Shown here in pieces: positions 24,341 to 37,859 of a DNA stretch of 64,000 nt (the first letter of the stretch is position 1; each line of letters begins with the position of its first letter). Made by a program: the position numbers and the translations under genes. The stretch spans positions 8,641,084 through 8,705,083 of the forward strand of contig MU054212.1 of NCBI GenBank assembly GCA_013239625.1, given 5' to 3'. Under the pieces are notes generated by a model. The model was given only the letters and a program-made list of their open reading frames with translations, was not told the origin of the DNA and searched no databases. The stretch comes from Lama guanicoe (lineage: Eukaryota).

Positions 24341-26897
24341 ACCCAGTGGACTCCACTTTGCAAAACACTGATGTAGTGACTGACACCAGATAATTAAACT
24401 ATCAGAAGGTGTCCTCGAAGCTATAAAAAGGGAAGTAGCTAGTTCTGGATGTAAACAAACAAACAAACAAAAACTTAATGAATAGATACTGGAAAAACCT
24501 AAAGTTTCAAGTGGTTTTCTTCCTCCCAAATGGTAGAGGCTTGAGGGGTTTCATTATTTTGGGGTTTTTTGTTTGTTTGCTAGTTTTGAGGCAGTGTCCT
24601 TTGTTGTAGGAAAAACATTCTAAGTGGACTTTTGGCTTTTTAAATATAAATCAAGTCCCCTTCCGCGGGTCTGGAGGAAAATGTGTGCAGTACAGGGATG
24701 GTGACTTCAGCCAAATACACCTCTGGAGCTCCAACTTCAGGGCCCTGTCTCTTGCCAGGTCTCTTCCCAGACCCTGGAAGCCTGGTCATATGTCTCTGTA
24801 AGTTTTTTCTAAGTAAGGCTTTTACCATCATTGAGTAAGGCCATTGCCTGGGTCCACTCCAAACTCCCTGTGTCACACCCTTCCAGCCAGGTGACACTGG
24901 AATGACCATAGCATTTGGGGATCCAGCAAGGGAGATAAAGATGCATTTAGTTTGGATGGTGGGATCCACTTCCGTGGCCCGCAGGCACTTCCACGTGTCC
25001 TTAAGTTATTGCCAACCGACTGCCCTGATACACGAATGTCCCCGAGGAAGCGTCCTGCCACCCTCTGGGTGGGCTTCCCTGGCCTCCATGAAGATTGAAG
25101 GCCCAGGGCCATCTTAGAACATGAGCACATCTTGGGGGCACCCAGCAACAGGAGTATGTGAGGTTGGAAAGATTGGAAATGTACCCAGCCAGGAGCTGGT
25201 CTATGGAAAATCCCTTGAATCACCAGACGTGTAGAATTGTAAGCCGAAGGTTCAGTTCTCATCGACACCAGTCAGAACGGACCTTCTCCCCTGTCAGGAA
25301 TAGTCTCGATAATGAAGCTCATACAATTATAAACATACCATACTCTTTCCTCGTTTTTGATAAACTTTTGTCAGAATCTCCTTGTTCGTGGGACATGAAC
25401 CTGTAAATTATTGCCAGCACGGAGCACATCTCTGTGGACGTCACATGTCTTAGGTACCCCAACACGTCAGATCCATTTTAAAATACCTGACACAACTTGT
25501 CTTGATGAAGTCTGTGCTTTCAGATGAAGTACATTTTGATCAATCATGCACAAGGAAATTATGCTAATTGGAAACTGTGCCAAATAGAACGTATTATCTT
25601 TTTATTCTCTCTGCAGAATATGATAGGTGATCAAAGAGCATGCAGCCCCGAAAAACGTAGAGACGTCTCGGGCTGTCAATTAAAATATTAGGTCATTTTC
25701 CTGGATTTGGTGCTATTTCAGGCGTTCTTTTTAAGCGTTTTAAAATTTGAAGATTGTTGTGTTTTTTTCCTCATTCTATATAAATATTCATTTTTGTAAC
25801 TAATTTGTATTCACAGTTCTGGAATGAGCCCCACTCTGAAGACTTTCTTTGGGAGACACACGGCCACTGTCTGGATGGACTCAGGCTGTGAACTGTCGCT
25901 GTTACTGGGTTATTATCTGGGTTATTTGGGTGGTTGTTTCCAGGGGGCCACAGTGAAGGTTCAGACTGTGAGAAAGACACAGTCGTGAATTCTGTCCCCC
26001 CAGCCCCTGGAGGAGGTGATTTGGCAGTCTCAATTCAGACTGTTCAGCACCGACTTAGCTGAAAGTGAGGACATCGCACGTTTGTACCTCATGCCTTTGG
26101 AGGCCACAAGGGAACTGTGGGTGAGAGCAGGTTTCCCTCCTGGAGACTGGACCTTCCCACTGTCCATCATCCTGGGGCTGGAGCAGGGGCTCAGGTCTGG
26201 CCTGAGAGTCGGGTGACAGACATGCCGTCTGCTGTATGAGTGGTGGTGGTGTCCTGACCTCTCTTGGCCAGGGGACGAGCTGGCCCTTCCTGGCAGGGCA
26301 GTGAGTGGCCCTGGGAGGGTCCCTGAGGGAAGGCCTGGCCCTGTGGGCCCTGTGAGCCACCTGATCCTTAGGACTTGCCAGTTGCCCTCTGGTTGTGTCC
26401 CATCTACTGCCCTGGGGCCTCAGGAAGGCCAGCGTACTGTCCCATGGCAGCCACTCTGTGGGGACTCACAAGATGGCCGGTCTTACACTCAGAGCCTGTA
26501 GCTTTAGGGAGAGTAGCGAATCCTGAGGCCGAGGTTCCCAGAGGAGGAGGCAGTGGTCCAGCACCATGGCCAGGAGGCTGTGCCAGAAACCACGGGGCGC
26601 CCTGCCCCATGCCCAGGTGAGTGAGTGGTGGACCCTGGGACACAGATGTGGGATACTTGAAGAGATCCAATTTATAGGCAGTAAGCTAGTGGTGCTTACA
26701 CTAGCAGGAGCCCTCAAGGGCTTCTACAAATTTTAGGGCCCAGGCTGCCGCCAGACAAGTCAAGTCACGGGCAGAAGAACCCCCGTGGGGTGGGACCAGG
26801 CCCCAGGAGCTTTGAGAGCTTCTCCAGGTCATTCCAGTATCAAGGCAAGGGTGGGGCCACTGAGCCATTGGAATCTGGGCATTTAAAAGGAAATGTG

Positions 26898-27290
26898 TTA
26901 GGAGTTCGGGATTAACAGACATGCAGTACTATATATAAAACAAATAAACAACAAGGACCTACTGTAGAGCATAGGGAACTATAGTCAGTATCTTGTAATA
27001 ACTTATAATGGAAAATAATCTGAAAAAGAATAGACATATAAGGGGGGGAGGGTATAGCTCAGTGGTAGAGTGTGTGCTTAGCATGCACAAGGTCCTGGGT
27101 TCAATCCCCAGTACTTCCATTAAAATAAACAAACAAATAAATAAATAAAACCTAATTATCTTCTTCCCCAAAAAACAAACAAAAATAGATATATGCATGT
27201 GTGTATAACTGAATCACTTTGCTGTACACCTGAAACTAACACAACATTGTAAATCAACGGTACTTCAATAACAAATAAACTCAGAAAAAA
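26898..27290 (+). mobile_element. L1 3'-end fragment with 13-bp TSD, interrupted by a SINE
   Basis: TSD AAAAGGAAATGTG at 26885-26897 and 27291-27303; L1 3'UTR motifs. Confidence 0.85.
27042..27183 (+). mobile_element. Vic-1-like SINE, full length, nested in L1
   Basis: gggggggagggtatagctcagtggtagagtgtgtgcttagcatgcacaaggtcctgggttcaatccccagtacttcc...aaacctaattatcttcttcccc; near-TSD aatagacatat/aatagatatat. Confidence 0.92.
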
Positions 27291-28074
27291 AAAAGGAAAT
27301 GTGATCTTATTTTACACCACAGTCCAGCAATAGCAGGACTTTGCATCACCTGTACCTTGTTGTGACTATTAAATTCGTCTCTGAGGATGGTGGGAAATAG
27401 CCTTCATCTCATTCCAGTCGACTCCATCATGTTCAACTTCCCAGAGTTGCTTTCATTCATGCTCCTTCCCTCCACCCCTACTGGCCCCAACTCAGTTCTT
27501 AAAGCAGTCCCAACTGGAAAGGGAAGTGGTTTGGGTCATCCAGCCTCCCCACCGAGCCCTGAGCCAACTGGCTGGCCGCGGACCACTTCATTCCCTGAGT
27601 CTCACCCCCTGCCTTTAACCCCAATGGCTGTCACCGGCTCTCATGCACCCCTGCAGGTCCCACCCTCCCACCCATACTCCCTACTCTGGTTCCAACCCAG
27701 GAGCACTGTTCAGTGGCTGAGGGCCCGCTGCCCCACTCCACTGGGCCTCTTGACACCAAGTTCAAGGTCCCAATACCACTTAGGCACAGAACTCCAACTG
27801 GTCTCCCCAGCTCTCAAGCACTGACCACCCTGGCCCCTAGGCCTCAAAACTCTGGCAGCAGTCCTTGTCTGAATCACACCTGAGCCGGCCACACCCTTTG
27901 GAAGGAGGCTCCCACTACCCCAGTAGACCTCTATCCCCTGCAGGCCTCTGTCATGGCACAGGGCTCACGCCAGGGCCTGGGGCTTTCCGCCTGCCTAAGG
28001 AACCACTGCACTTCATCGCCAGCTCAGAATTATAGGAGTCAGGACATGGGCTCTTAACACTGGCTTCACCGCTG

Positions 28075-28535
28075 GATTGGTTTCCCACGGCTTCTTTAAC
28101 CAAACACCACCAACTGAATGACTTAGAACAACACAGATTTACTATCCTTCAGTTCTGGAAGTTGGAAGTTTGATATGAGTCTTCCGGGGCTAAAATCAAG
28201 GTGTTGGCAGAGCAGAGACGCATTCCCTCTGGAGGTGATAGGAGTGAATTTGTTTCCTCACCTTTCTCCATTTCTAGAAGTCATCTGCATTCCTTGGCTC
28301 ATGGCTGCATCACTCTGACCTCTACTTCCACTGTCACATCTCCCTCTTTGACTCTGACCCTCCTGCCCTCTTGCTTATAAGGACCCTTGTGGTTAGACTT
28401 AGACACTCCAGGATAATCTCCGCATCACAAAATCCTTAGTCACATCTGCAAAGTCCCATTTACCATGCAAGGATACATATTCACAGGTTCTGGGGGTGAG
28501 GATGTGGGCATCTTTGGAGCCATTATTCTGCCAAC
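28075..28535 (-). mobile_element. MLT1 (MaLR) solo LTR
   Basis: gacttagaacaacacagatttactatccttcagttctggaag...aaatcaaggtgttggcag...catctgcaaagtccc...catctttggagccattattctgcc. Confidence 0.8.
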
Positions 28536-29561
28536 CACCCCCTCCAACTTGCTGTGTGATCCTAACCAAACCATCCACCTCTCTGAGCCTGCCTCATCTT
28601 GGGCATCATAGAGAATTGAACTACTTCATGCCTTTGAGCTCCAAAACTCTGTTATTCCAGGACCCAGGGCTGACCAGTATACTGTGGTGAGAGAGGGGCT
28701 CAGGTCAAGTGCAGTTTCTCTGCTTATGAGGAGAATGTCCCTGTAGAAACCAAACACCACGAGGGCCTGTGGCTTCTCAATGTTCTGAGCACAGATTAGC
28801 TTAGTGGTTTCAAATTTGTGCTGAAGAAACTTGGAGCAACATCTGAAATATTTTTAGGAAATTAAATTTTCCGCTTTTTTATCTCATTTTTTCTGAAGTA
28901 AAGCTATCACAAGGTAATTCTTTGCTGTTCTTCAAGGATTGGGATCTGCCAATTCAGTCTTCAAAACATTGTTGGTGTTCCCTTAGACGCTTTACTTAGC
29001 TGACATGATGCGTTCTTGTCTCCCAGGACCACTGCCTTCAGCCATGTGCAGTACAATGGCTCTTTTCCCTCCATCAGCGACACTCTGGCAGGTCTCAGTC
29101 CTTACCCTTCACTGAATCCACTTCACAGCCTCCAGCAAGGCTGCCTCCTCCCCTATCTGGCCAGGCTCGCTTGAGGCATCAGGAGTGGGGAGGAGTCTGC
29201 TTGGAGCCTCTGCTTCCCCTCCTGCCCTGCACTGGGCAGAGAAGTGTGGGGAGGACTGGGCCGCAAAGAGCTGGACAAGTGACCTCTCATGTCTGGTGCC
29301 TCAAGGTCAACCCTGCTAGCGACTAATGCCCTCTGAGGGGGTTATCCAGCTGCTGGCTGTCTTGAGAGGGGAGACAGGCTTCCTCGGAGGCCTGCAGGGC
29401 CTCCTCACTTACCCCTCCCTTACCTGGGACCAACTTCTTCCTACCTCACCCCAGCTCTGGCCTCCAGGAGTTCCCTCATCCCTAGCTCAGGGAGCGACTC
29501 AGTGACCACCTGACCCAGAGGACCCTCCATCATGGTGGCCACAAGGAAGGGCAGGCTTCCT

Positions 29562-29755
29562 TACACCTCTCACAAAAATGAACTCAAAATAGATAACGGA
29601 TGGAAATGTAAAATGCAAAACCATAAAACTTCTAGAAGAAAATTTAGGAGAAAATCGATAGTGACCTTGGGTTTAATGACGAGTTTTTAGATGTAACCAC
29701 AAAAGCCTGATCGATGAAAGAAAAAATTGATAAGCTGGACTTGACTAAAATAAAG
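29562..29755 (+). mobile_element. L1 ORF2 fragment
   Basis: ttacacctctcacaaaaatgaactcaaaatagat...aaaccataaaacttctagaagaaaatttaggagaaaatc. Confidence 0.75.
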
Positions 29756-30530
29756 CTGTGAGGCTGGATACGAGCATCCAGGGAGGGAGTGCAGGGAAAG
29801 AAGAGAAGAGGGGCAAGGGCACTGGGCTCCCTAATATTCCTAGCATCTCTGTGAACAAGCCGCCTGAGCTCCCATAGATTTGGGATAGGAGGGTTGGTGA
29901 CACAAATCTGGAAGTCAGCAGAGATGGTATTTAAAGTACCCACCATCCTGCATGAGATCACCAGAAGGGGGTCCCAGGGGCGGTGGAGAAGCAAGCCTCG
30001 GGACTCTCCAACATTTAGAGATGCCGGAGAGATGAAGAGCAGTAGCCAATGCAGCAGACTGAATAGGAAGGACCAATGAAGCAGACGAAAAGCCAAGAGA
30101 CCGAGCTGTTCCAGAGGCCAGGAGAAGAAAGTGTTTCAGGAAGGCAAGGATGATCCACATGTCAGATGCAACTGTGGCACTGTGAGAGGCAGAGGGTCAA
30201 CTATTAGATCCACCACGTGGGGCCACTGGCAGCGATACCGTGGGCCATTTTGGTGGAGTGGCAGATGCAAAGTCCTGCTCAGAGTCAGTTTGGAATTTGA
30301 GAAGAGTAGGGACAGCTACCCTTGACCATTCCATCCCAGAATTCTCTGAAAAGGGGATCAGAGGTGATGGGAAGTATCTGCAGGGGAACCTGGATCAAAG
30401 AAAGGATTTTTATAAAAACATTTTTAGAAAAATTGCAGCAAGTATGCATCCTGATGCAAATGGTCCACTAGAGGGAAAACTTGACAGTATAGGAGGGAAA
30501 GGAGAAAAGTGCAGGAGGAAAGGGTCCATC
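29756..30530 (-). mobile_element. L2 LINE fragments
   Basis: caaatctggaagtcagcagagatggtatttaaag...ctccaacatttagag...aagtgtttcaggaagg. Confidence 0.6.
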
Positions 30531-31074
30531 AGAGAGAGGAGAGGGAACACTTCACGCTTGGCCACCCAATCCTACAGGACACATGGCAAGATTCAAATGC
30601 AGCTCTGATGTTCTGGCTTCCCAGTTCTGAGGCGTTCAAACATTGGACCAACTTCCTTGTGGAGTCGGCTTGGTAATAGCAGCTCATTCTCTGAGGAGCA
30701 CCCAAGAATACAAGTTAAATCAATGATGTGAATTTCAGAGAAAAAGAAAATGGTAAAAAATAAGCCAAAAAAGCTAAGCATGTACCCTACTTTCTCTAGG
30801 TCAGCTCTACAATCATCTAGCGATGTGAAAGTTAGGACCTTCCAGTTGGCCAACGATTCTGAACTGATCTTTCACAGAACATATTCAAAGACGACAAGCA
30901 AAAGGTTATTGCATCTTTTAACACGCCAAATTATAACACATTAGAGTTACTGAATTTTTTACGTTTATGAGGCTATGCAAAAATAGTCAGCTTGTCTGTG
31001 CTTTGCTTCATCCCAGGTGCAGGGCAGATGCTGTGTTTGCAAAACATCCCCTGTTTCATCCGCATATAAAACTG

Positions 31075-31540
31075 TTCAGACAGAAAGTAGATCAGTGATT
31101 GTCTAGGCCTGGGGGTAGGAAGGGCGTGTGAATACAAATGGACAAGAGGTTTCTTTCTTTCTTTTTTTTTAAAATGGAGGTACTGAGGATTGAACCCAGG
31201 ACCTCGTGCTTGCTAAGTACATGCTCTACCACTGAGCTATACCTCCACTGCCTCCTATTTAAAAAAAGATTTATTAGCTTTTCTCATTCTTTTTTTTTTT
31301 TTTAAATGGAGGTACTAGGGATTGAACCCAGGACCTTGTGCATGCTAAGCATGTGCTCTACCACTGAGCTATTACCCTCCCAAATGGGCAAGAGGTTTCT
31401 CTTTTGGAATGATGAAAATGTTCAAAAATTAGATTGTCATATATGTACAATTCTGTAAATGTACTAAATACCACTGAATTGCACACTTAGAACAGGCAAA
31501 TTTTATGGTATGTAAATTATATCTTATAAAACTTCTTTTT
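31075..31540 (+). mobile_element. L1M 3' end, interrupted by a SINE pair
   Basis: agacagaaagtagatcagtgattgtctaggcctgg...tggaatgatgaaaatgttc...ccactgaattgcacactta...ttttatggtatgtaaattatatct. Confidence 0.75.
31155..31380 (-). mobile_element. Head-to-tail pair of Vic-1-like SINEs within a single TSD
   Basis: Two SINE bodies (about 31172-31255 and 31303-31380); one 20-bp TSD CAAATGG(A/G)CAAGAGGTTTCT at 31135-31154 and 31381-31400. Confidence 0.9.
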
Positions 31541-33481
31541 AGAAAGAGAGAAAGTGATTTGGGAAAGACACAGGTCCTGTGGGAGGAGGTCGGGAGAGGA
31601 TGCTGCCACCCTCCAGCTCACTTCTCGGAAGCGAGAGCTTGCCTTCAGTGCCGTGGGATCTGGAAACACCAAAGCCACCCAGTGGAAGTCAGGGCTCTGT
31701 CCAAATGAGCAGCCAAGAGCTCCGTGTGTGCCTGCGTGGTGGTTTAATCTGAAACTGCTTGACTAGCAATCCACAAAGATTTTTATCAGCTGGTAAAGGG
31801 CACGGTGTCTGGTGCTCTTCGGCAAGGAGTAATGGTCTTCAGGACTAACTGATGGAGTTCACAGGGAAGAACCACGGCTGTGCTCATCCAAACTTTCTTT
31901 GGCGTTCACCTTGTTCAGTTACATACAGATTCCCATTTTCTCCCTTAAGGTTTAGCTCAGTGCTCGTATAGGTTTGCTCCAGACTATCTTGGGATCTTTG
32001 AATCTCTGTCCCAATACCCTGCTCAATAAAGTTCTCTGTATGATGATAATCCACCCCTTGGATTAAAGGTTATTACTCCAGATGTGCCGCTGAGCATGTC
32101 CCCTTAGAAACTGCCCTAAACCAGCGTAACCGCCCAAATTCCACACTGGTGGCTGCCTTTAACAGAACAGGCTCAGTGAGCCTGAAATATGGTGCAATTT
32201 GGCCAATAGAGAACAGCTTGTCTAGGTTTGCGAGGTGGATTTTGTCTCCCTCTGGTTCAAGGCTGTCTGTCTCCTGAGCTGGTAACTGGGCCCTGTCTTG
32301 TCCCCTCCCGCCAAGCTGCCATTGGCCTCTCTCTCTCACTCTTCTCACGCTGCTTATGCCCGCCCTCCTCACTTACTTGTTTCACGTGCCCCGATCACTG
32401 CATTTTGGTATCACACCCTGCACAAATCTTTCTCTCTGTTTGATCTGAGCAGTTGAGAGCAGAGGCTCAAATCCTGACTCCTTCTCCTAGTTACTGAGCA
32501 CCTTGGGCAAGTGACTTCCCCCATCTATGCGTCAGTTTCTTTTCTGTTGCACGGATGAACTGGGTTAATACAAGGACAGTGTTTTCAAGCACAGCCCTGC
32601 GCCAGGCGATCAGTGCACAGTCTTCAGAAGCTCTCCTGCAGTCAATAAATGGTCCGTTGCCATGCCTCTGGGGGATCTTCAGGTTTGGGGAACTTTCCAG
32701 CAGTCTTCAGTATCATTGCCTGTGGCCCAGGAACTGCCATTTTACTGTCAAGAGATCTTTTTCTCTTCTGTTCTGTGACGTTGCCAAAGTTGGCATCGCT
32801 GAGCTCTCAACGTTGGGTAACAAACATGCTTTCTGTAGCTATTTGCACTGACTCCACTCCAAGACCAGAGTAGCCTGGGTCCCTGCTGGGAGTGACGCAG
32901 CTTTACTCATCCCGGCACTGCCCCCGCTCCTCCTTGGCTCCCTGCCTCCAGACCGAGCAAGTATCCACGTTTGTCACTGCAAAACCCTTGTCCTCTGTAG
33001 GGAGTCATTTTCCCTTCCCAGCCCTAACTCTTTGCCCTTTTAAACGAGAGCTATTATTACTTCTAATTTGCATTGAATGGTCCCTTAGCAACCATCATGG
33101 CTTGAATGGGTTATCAACTTGCTTCTAACGCTGCGCAATTTACCCAAATCTTAGCTCTGTCAAAGTACAACTTAAAATGTGACAGACAGAAATGCAAACA
33201 GCTGCCACTACATCCACATGCATAAACATCCTCCTTTACAGAACAGCTGCATGGCAGCCAAGTTGACTAGAAGGCACATTTTGGATAAATCCCATTTTTC
33301 CCTTGCCATCAATAAAAAACAGTCTCATAAATGTATTTACTCTTGTAACATTTTGGACCCAACACAGTGCCGCTTTTCTTAAGAGTTAAAATTATGTGTA
33401 ATATTTAAATAAGATAGATACTTTCATCGTACTTAAAAAAACACATTTATTAAGATTCTACCTTTTCTACATTAGACATAA

Positions 33482-33659
33482 ACAGTAGTCTGCTGGTAAA
33501 CTAGTTCTCTAAAAAATAGAAAAAAGACCTGTTTTGTAGTATCTGCCTGTATCTGTGGTGTAAATACTCCCATGGTGGCTGATTTCAAGCTATCAACTGT
33601 TTAACAAGGGATTCATAAAATTCCTGAATATTTTAGCAAAAGTTCTAGCTCACCACCGG
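33482..33659 (-). mobile_element. MER63-like hAT DNA transposon (non-autonomous)
   Basis: cagtagtctgctggtaaa...gtggtgtaaatactcccatggtggctgatttcaagcta...aaaattcctgaata...caccaccgg. Confidence 0.7.
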
Positions 33660-34249
33660 AAGGCAGCCTAACAGGATACATAAAATGCATCAAGGTAACA
33701 TAAGCAAAAAGTAGGTGAAAAAGAAGGAATGAAAAAAGGATAGAGGTATAAAATAGAGCCCAAAATTAGTAAATATGCAAATGAATACTAGAAGGCCCTG
33801 TACACAGGTTGAATGCTCACACTTGGCTTTAAGAAACTTCCAACACTGCAAGAAGCTTACCCAATTCAGTGTCCTTAAGATAAAAATAAGTCTCATGCTG
33901 AGAAGTGCCAGTTTCCTGTTCCTCAAGTAGGTCAGACTTCTCCTGAGGGTGCCCGGAAAGCAAAGACTGTGTCATGTAGTGAATGTCCTCGGCAACACCA
34001 GGCAGAGAGCCTGACCTTGACACTGCAATTAGGTGAAAGCAATTCTGCAGGACACTGGGCCCAGTCAGGGTCCAGGGACCAGCGTTCCCACATTCCCAGT
34101 CTCATTCATCCCTGGCAGGTGGAGCTGCAGGTGTGTTCCACAGCCTTTGAGTAATCTTCCAGGGTTTTGCTCAAGCCCAGACTGTGCTAAGTTTGAAATT
34201 GCTCTCCCAGGCAGATCTATCCACCAGAGGCCCTTTCTAGAAATCTCAG

Positions 34250-34788
34250 TGAGACAGGAGGGAAAGGGGCAGGGCACAACCATTAAGAAAATGACACAGC
34301 AGTTAGCACCAAGATGGTGAAGATTCAATTCCCAGTGGACCTTGAGGCCCAAGATGGCAGGAGATCTGACTTCCAGTAGACCGTGAGCTTCATTATACGC
34401 TCACTGTAATATATTAGCATGGTGAATGGCACTCCCACAGGCGCCATGACAGTTCTGAGGCTGGCCATAGAAGGTCAAAGTGGGTGGTGGCCCAGTTTCT
34501 GGGAATCCCTGCCCCTTCCCTACTTGTTAGCATATGAAATTATCAAGCTCATAAAAGCTAACAACCCCGCACCTCATGGCCTTTCTCTTGCCTTCTGAGA
34601 CAGCCTGCACTCTGTCTATGGAGTGTGCATCTCTCTGAATAAATCTACTTTTACTCAACTATGGCTCTCTCTTGAATTCTTTCCTGCACGAAGCCAAGTC
34701 CCCTCACTTGATGGGGCATGGTGTCCCAGGGACTCGCCTGGGTCCTGGGACATGGCCATCCTTTCACGCCCCCCATTTTCTTGTATCG
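34250..34788 (+). mobile_element. ERV1 solo LTR, MER41-like
   Basis: Starts TGAGACAGG. Contains the MER41-type motif cactcccacaggcgccatgacagtt, TATA-like cataaaa, ctctgtctatggagt, AATAAA at about 34638 and cttgaattctttcctgcacgaagccaag. Confidence 0.8.
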
Positions 34789-37700
34789 CTAGTGTTCACA
34801 ACATTCATATGCCGGGGCTTCTGCCTCAGGGCTCTGATCAACAGGCTGGGTCCTAAGAACTAGAGCTTCAACCAAGAGTCAGGTCATGTCCCAGCCCAAT
34901 CAATCCAGAGCTACCCACAACTCTTGGCAGCCTTTGTTTGAATGGTTGACCACTCTCTTTGAGTGTGAGCCCTCCAGCTGGTCTGGCCCCCCGCTCCCCC
35001 CTGCCCTTCCCAGTCCTTCCCTGGTCCTCCTTGGCACCCCTACAAGCATCTGCACACCTCTCCACCTACCGGCTCCATCTGGGTGGGGATTTGCCTTAAT
35101 TGACATGGGCCTGCAGCAACGTTTCTCAGGGCAAGAAACAGTCCTGCTCCTCGGTTGTCTTGTGCCAACCCCCAAAACACACCTGATTCAACAAACGGCC
35201 TTTTTGATTTCCTTCTTTCTGCTTTTTCAGGGAGCAGTGAAGCTGGGTGGAAAGAGGTGTTAAGCAGCTGACAGTAATTACCAAAGAGATGGCAGCAACA
35301 CCTAGAATGCACACAGTGCTCCTGTTACAGAGAGAGCCTCGGGCCACCTTGGCCTGGTTTTCCTCACTGAGGACAAAGCCACCAAGGCTCATACATCACT
35401 CCACCCCAACTGAGACACAGGGACCCTGGTGTCACCCGGCAGTGAACAGGCTCTCAGGACACCGGAGTCAGGGTACAGAAATGGCAGAGCTTGTCTGCTG
35501 GGGCACGTTCTACCCTCCCTCAGCCCATATGCCTGTCCTTCCACTCTGGCTCATGTTACCCTCCAACCCCAAAGCACATACACATGTGCTGTGGCATATG
35601 GCCAAGCCACAGCTCTGCACGGGAACTCGAAAGCCACAGTGTCCTCCAGCAAATGGCCTTTGACAGTGGCCACCGTCCCACCCGTGGTCCAGCAGCGGAA
35701 AAGATACCAGACATAAAGGAAACAGTCAACTGTGTATCTGTGTCAGTCATCTGGGCATATGTGTATCTGTGTGTGCACTCACGGGGTTTATTCTTTCCCA
35801 TAAATTCTGATGAATTACTTCAGACATAAATTATACCCAGACATAGGAAAATGTAGGAGCTTAGAAAGAAAGAGGTTATTTCTAAGAAGAAGTGGACTAT
35901 TCCTTGGTTAATTAAGAGGAAAAGTGTCCAGAATGCTTTTATGCCCTCTTTGCAGAAGTGCATTAATTCCTCTACGCCTCTCTCTTTTGTAAGGCAATTG
36001 GTGGACACACTGAGCCAAGGACCAGGCTGCTCCCTGGGCATGTGGACCCCCACCTCTCCTTCTCTGATGCACTAAACTCAAATCTCAAAGCTCCTGTGGA
36101 TTGGTTGATGCGCCCTACAAAACTGCAAATGTCTGGTGGAGATACATTACACATAAGGAATAAAATTGCAGGAAGCCTTCCACCTGCCCCATTCTAGAGG
36201 CATCTCAAGGCAAATTCTTTTTGGAGGTCAAGGAAAGAGTGAGAGCACTTTGATAGAACTTATAAGACCCGCCAAGGCAACTTCTGACATTGCCCATCCC
36301 AAATAAATGTATTTACGCATATACGTTTTATAGTAGCTCTCCTCGTGGTAGGTCCAAGTCCTTCCCTTGTCCTTTTTTCATTGGCCCTGTCAGATGGAGT
36401 GAGCAATAAACCTCCCTGTCTGTCTTCCACTTCACCCCACCCTACTGTGCAGCCTCTGAGGACTTTGGGGCACAGCTGCAGGCAGGCCCAGACCAGTCCA
36501 GCCCAATCAGAGCACCCGTATTCCTGTTGCTGTGGTGTGTGGTTCAGGGGTGGGCTCCCACAGAGTGTGGCCCAGGCAGAGTAAAGCACAGGGCCCTCAT
36601 CAGAGGCAGCTGGCAGCCCCCAGCCCTGTCAAGGGAAGATAGCCTCAAGAAAAAGCTAACGCAGAGGCAAGTAAGCAAGGAGAAAATAAGAGAAATAGAT
36701 CCATAAGCAGAACCCTGATCAAACCATGCCTGCAGCCCATCAAGCACTTGGGTCACAAGACTCAGTGAATCTCTTCTAGTATTCAATCTTGTGCATTAGA
36801 TGGGATTTTCAGTGACTTGCAACCCAAAATATCCTAACTAAAATAACATGTCATCTGAATTATTAAACAATTAATAGAATTGAAACTACCACATCTTGTG
36901 TAACAGGCTTTAGAAATCCTGGCTTTGAAAGGTGCTATATTCAGGAAGACCAAACAACCAACAGTGACTGTATATTTTAGTGAAGGGACTTCTAGTAATT
37001 CACGCATCATTTTCTACTTACACGCTGCTTCTAAAAGGATTTGAGTCAGCTTACAATATAACAACCTATATATTAGGACAATTAAAGTACAAAATAAATA
37101 TCCAGGGGGAAAGATGGCTATATCAGAAAACAGCAGTGAAGTATAATTATTACATTGGAACATACAATTTAACTCAGAGCATCCTGGCAGCCAAGGTTAA
37201 AAAAATAGCTTAATTTTTACATAGCTCTTATTATCTGCAAAAGAAAAACATTCCTGTTTGCCAGAAGATAAGGCATTTTTTTCCTAACAGTAAGTAAGCA
37301 CTAGAGTGGTTGCAGTCAATTTGGAAAGTTTAGGCCCTTGAAAGCTGACTTTAGCTGAGCCACTTCAGCTTATCTGTCTTCAGAAGGTCAACTGAAGTGT
37401 CGACACTCATCTAAGTCCTGGTGGTATTAGAATGTTACCAGATTCTGGCAGAGAAACGTTTACATCAGCACTTGCAGGAAAGTAGAGCGGGCTGCAGTGA
37501 AGTTTTGAAGAAAGTACAATGTGACACGAGCCCCACAGAGGCGCAGCCAGCAGCAGCAGGAGGGCACAGTGAGGGCTTGAGCTCCACAGACCCTCTGCAC
37601 CCAGAGGACGAACAGGGCAGGAAGGTGAAGAAGCAGAGGGATGGAAAAGGAGACGGGAGACCAGGTGGGAGAGGCAGCTATGCTGCAAGACACTGAGGTA

Positions 37701-37859
37701 TGCAACAGGAGACAGAAAGCATCCTTCATCAGTGTGTGCTGACACCGGGCCCCCATTTCCCAAGAGAAGTATGGAAGCACAGAGAAGTTGTGCTCAGTTT
37801 GAAAGAGAAAAGAGAACTCTGGACCCAATGTAGACTAGGAGACTGTTGTTGGGTAATCA

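Noticed and set aside
27042..27120. tRNA-like sequences with A and B boxes (also near 21270, 24230, 31200, 31340, 43970, 56520)
   Set aside because: SINE heads with A-rich tails and TSDs, not tRNA genes
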